A DNA stretch of 64,000 nt. It comes from Eledone cirrhosa (Eukaryota). Shown in pieces: positions 59,853-64,000 of the stretch. Within the stretch, counting starts at the first letter, position 1; each line of letters begins with the position of its first letter. The stretch lies in NCBI GenBank assembly GCA_964016885.1, contig OZ024741.1:279062001-279126000 (forward strand), written 5' to 3'. The position numbers and the translations under genes were made by a program. The notes under the pieces were generated by a model. That model was not told where the DNA came from. It was given only the letters and a program-made list of their open reading frames with translations, and did no database searches.

Positions 59853-60116
59853 ACTGCCAATGAAATAATAAGATCTATTCTGAATATAACCGACGGTATT
59901 TTTAATTAGTGATTGTTACAGCGTGTCGTCATCTATTAGCTAAAATATGTCATGTTTGCAGATTATTCCTTAAAATATCATCTCTTCATATCCTTTTTCT
60001 CTCTCCCCACCCGCACCCTCTCACCCCGTTTCAAACTGTCTCTCTCTCTCTTTTCTCTCTGCACACACACACACACATATATATTATATATGTATGTATG
60101 TATATATATATATAAA

Positions 60117-60171
<55 letters not shown>

Positions 60172-60233
60172 ATATATATATATGTATGTGTATATATATG
60201 TATATGTATATATATATATGTATATATATATAT

Positions 60234-60351
<118 letters not shown>

Positions 60352-62578
60352 ACCTCTGTGTGTGTATGTATGTGAATGCCTCTGTTTTTCTCTCCTCTCG
60401 TTTTCCGATTTGCCAAACCGAAAAAATTCATCTAATTTTTTCGATAACTGCCTGAATCCCATTTTTGATGGCATTATAACGGCTGCTGTTATTGTTAACT
60501 GCATGGAAATAATTTATTTACCAGACTGATACATTCAGTTGTTTGTTTGCTGCGGGGGTTTCTGGGTTTTTTACTTTTATGAGATTCGTTATAAAAGCTC
60601 TTTATATCCATTATCCTAACAATCCATTGTTTGTTAAACATCATCGTCCTTAACAATTTGTCTTCTTGTCAATTCAATGTGGATCGTTAAACCTTGCCTC
60701 GCCTTACTGTGTTAATTTAACTTCGTCGTCCTTAACAATCCATCTCCTTTTCAATTCAATGTGGACCGTTAAACATTGCGGGAATCAATCGACAAGATCC
60801 CAGACCTCATTCACTTACCGAGTTGGGTGGAACTCGTCAAATCGAACCAAGGAAACAACGTTTGCATTGGTCTTTCTATTGCTGATACTATCTACCAGTC
60901 GCAACACCTGGCAAAAAAAAGCAACGTGAAATATAGTGTATTGCTCAAGGGCATAGCGCATCTCCCAGTCCGGAAATTGAACTCGCAACTTCATGATTAC
61001 GAATCCAACTCCCTAACCCCTAAACCACATGCCTTTGCTAGTGAAAGTTAGACCTTGGTTTACTGCGTGTTATTGTGTCAATTTAATTTCATCATCCTTA
61101 ACAATATGGACCGTTAAACTTGGCTTTGCTGTGTTTCTGTGTTAATGCAATATTGTATCTGATTCACTATGTATAATTTCAAGATTATCTAAGTTTTGTG
61201 TTAAACTTTGGTTTATAGATTGTATTTAATCATAACAAGCATATCATATCGTTCAAATCGTGCCGTGATCAACTTTGCCTTTTATCCATCCGAAGGTCGA
61301 TAAGACAGCGAACCAGTCAAATACTTGAGCAAAACATTTCATTTCGTGTTAATTCAATATAGTAAGCTGAAAATGAATACCAGCAATAGCTAGGGGTTTA
61401 ACCCTATTATGGACAGTCGCTGGGATAAGCACTGACCTAATGAACCTCTGAGCTTGAGACAGACTTTAGACTTTTAGATTTTTTTTTAGACATGTAATGG
61501 CGTGGATTTAATCGACTACTCCCCGTTACCCCTCGCTCTTCAAAAACACCTTGATGGCCTTGTGACTATATTAATTTTGGCTGTTTTCCTTGCTGACACA
61601 GCTTCCGGATAATGAGTTATCTTAAGACCCTAAAATTTCTAAACACCCCTTTCAGTTGACATTCCAATGTACGAAATGATTTTACCAAGGGATTTTCGAA
61701 TAGCAAAGAGTTTGTGTTTGTTGGACAATATTTCGTCGTCTTCATCATCTTTGCAATCTTTACTGTCACAAATGAAAACATATGATAATACTTGTCTTCT
61801 AGAGAGGTTCTGACGCCATTTTTTCTAACATATTTCACGTGCCCTATGGTGAGTACGAGGAACAGACATTACTTCTAATTCTTCAAATAATTGTATTCTA
61901 CCTCCACATCATAAAAAGGTTGTTTTTTTTTCCAGACACTGGGTAAAGTAGCAGTGTTCCATAAAGCTGCTAAATTGAATATTGTAGATCTTGTGTTGTA
62001 GTTCTTGATGTTACTGTGGATTCTTTGTTCTCGTTTGTCTTCCCTAAGATCATCTTCTTCTGTCACCACGAGAACTTTCTCCAAATACCTTCGTTCGTAT
62101 TATATTGGTCACGACAATAGCTAACTAACTACACACGTGTTTTCCTCCCCACCAAAAGATTTCACCATTTTCTTTCGTTTGGTACATTCGTCTATCTTTC
62201 TATTTCTTCTTCGATCGCTCATTCTATCTTCCGATGAAGGACTAACGTCTGAAACGTGAAGGCACTTTTCCTATTATATCAAAAGTTGAACTAATATATA
62301 TCATCATTGCGCTGTGTCGTACTTTTGTGTTGTTTTATATAAATACATATAAGTATAAATAAATATATATATATATATATGTATATATATGTATATATAT
62401 GTATGTATGTATGTATACATGTATGTATGTATGTAAAAGGTAAACAGAAATAACGACACAATCGGTACAGTATATGGAAAATATATTAGGTTAACGCTTG
62501 AAATACTTAATGTTTTGGACGCTAGTCCTTCATCAGAAGAAAGAATGAGAAATTAGATAGATTGAAGGGACGGCCGGG

Positions 62579-62611
<33 letters not shown>

Positions 62612-62612
62612 G

Positions 62613-62694
<82 letters not shown>

Positions 62695-62850
62695 CGAGCT
62701 GCTGTAGTTTCTGTCTACCAAATTCTACTCCAAAAGCATTGGTCAACCAACCTATGGTTATAGAAGAAAATATCTACTCAAAGTACCGCGCAATGGAACT
62801 GAACCTAAAACCACATGATTCCATCATAACAACACAGCCATGCCTCCACT

Positions 62851-62899
<49 letters not shown>

Positions 62900-63102
62900 G
62901 CGTGTGTGTGTGTGTGAGTATATATATATATATATGTTTGTGATGGAAAGGCAGTAGAAAGTGAAAGTAAAAGAGAATATATGCGGCTGATATTAAGATG
63001 AGAAAATAATGAGTTGTTTGTTTGCTGCGTATCTTTATATCTTCTATCCTCACCACTTCAACACATATCTCCAATTCTCATTTCTCTATACTCTATCACA
63101 CC

Positions 63103-63163
<61 letters not shown>

Positions 63164-63969
63164 GCTCGCTCTCTCCCTTATATATCGATCTAACTATCTA
63201 CGTATATATCTATCTAACTAGCTAGCTATCTGACTATTTATCTATCTATCGATTTACCAATCTATCTATTTGTCAATCTACCTACCTATATATCTCTATA
63301 TATTTATCAATCTATCTATGTGTCTGCATGCCTGTCTGTCTGTCAATATGTCTCACGTTTTTCTCACACTTCATGCTTGTTAGCAGTTCTGTAGTTTTCG
63401 TCATCAACTTGAAGGTGTGTGATAAACCCCACTAAATAGCGGCTGAACAAATACCGATCACGATTTATGCACACTTCTCCGTTGTAAGATAATCGTTTGG
63501 TTGGTTAACGGGCATCATATCCGGTTACTCTTAAGTCGGCCTATTCTCTTGAAGAGTGTGACGAGAAGACAGCAAACTGATTCAACGTCTAAACAAACCA
63601 GCGATGAGTGTCCACTCTGCGGTCAAACAATCTGTATTAAAGCAACCATGGACAGTTTTTGTTGAAGTTGTTGACCAACCAGAGTAAAACTTTTCTTCTT
63701 CCTTTTTTCTTTTTTGTTTAGTTATTTTTTTATATTTGTTTTGTTGGGGGAGGGGTTCATATTTTAGGGTTGGGATGAGAGTCAAAACTATCGATTTTTA
63801 CGTTGGCACACGACAACTAGAGTAGATGAAATATTATTGATGTTAAAACAAAGAACTGCCTGAGAATGAAATTTTATCACTTCTTTCATTTAATATTTCT
63901 TCCTATTTTTGTTTTCTATTTTTATCTGGTAATCCATTGTTCTTTTATTTTACTTTTATTTCCTTCTAG

Positions 63970-64000
63970 CAAAGGTACCTCGCAATGCGTAGCTATTGTA
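63970..64000 (+). other. Possible exon start at the window edge
   Basis: A long pyrimidine-rich tract ending ttccttctag precedes a shift to balanced composition. Two frames are open (QRYLAMRSYC or KGTSQCVAIV). Confidence 0.3.

Overview
Eukaryotic, AT-rich, repeat-saturated DNA, mostly intronic or intergenic. The dense (TA)n/(CA)n/(GA)n microsatellites and the tRNA-derived SINE family resemble octopod cephalopod genomes; this organism call is inferred, not tested. Almost all long ORFs in the track are translations of simple repeats. The best evidence for a host gene is two paralogous 120-bp phase-1/phase-1 exons (16003-16122 and 18156-18275, + strand). The rest is SINEs, LINE fragments (RTE-like and RLE-type), Helitron pieces, mariner and hAT elements, a Penelope-like GIY-YIG fragment and several satellites. 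The most striking unexplained structure is about a dozen fold-back (inverted-repeat) elements of 0.1-1.3 kb, most abutting (TA)n or other microsatellites. Many of them carry type I hammerhead-ribozyme motifs. Standalone hammerhead motifs also occur, including a repeated U3-A8 core variant. One fold-back encloses a Penelope GIY-YIG fragment, which suggests a Penelope-driven, ribozyme-bearing family of non-autonomous elements. A 38-bp minisatellite is traceable to the subterminal region of a hAT-type element. All coordinates and alignments were read by eye.
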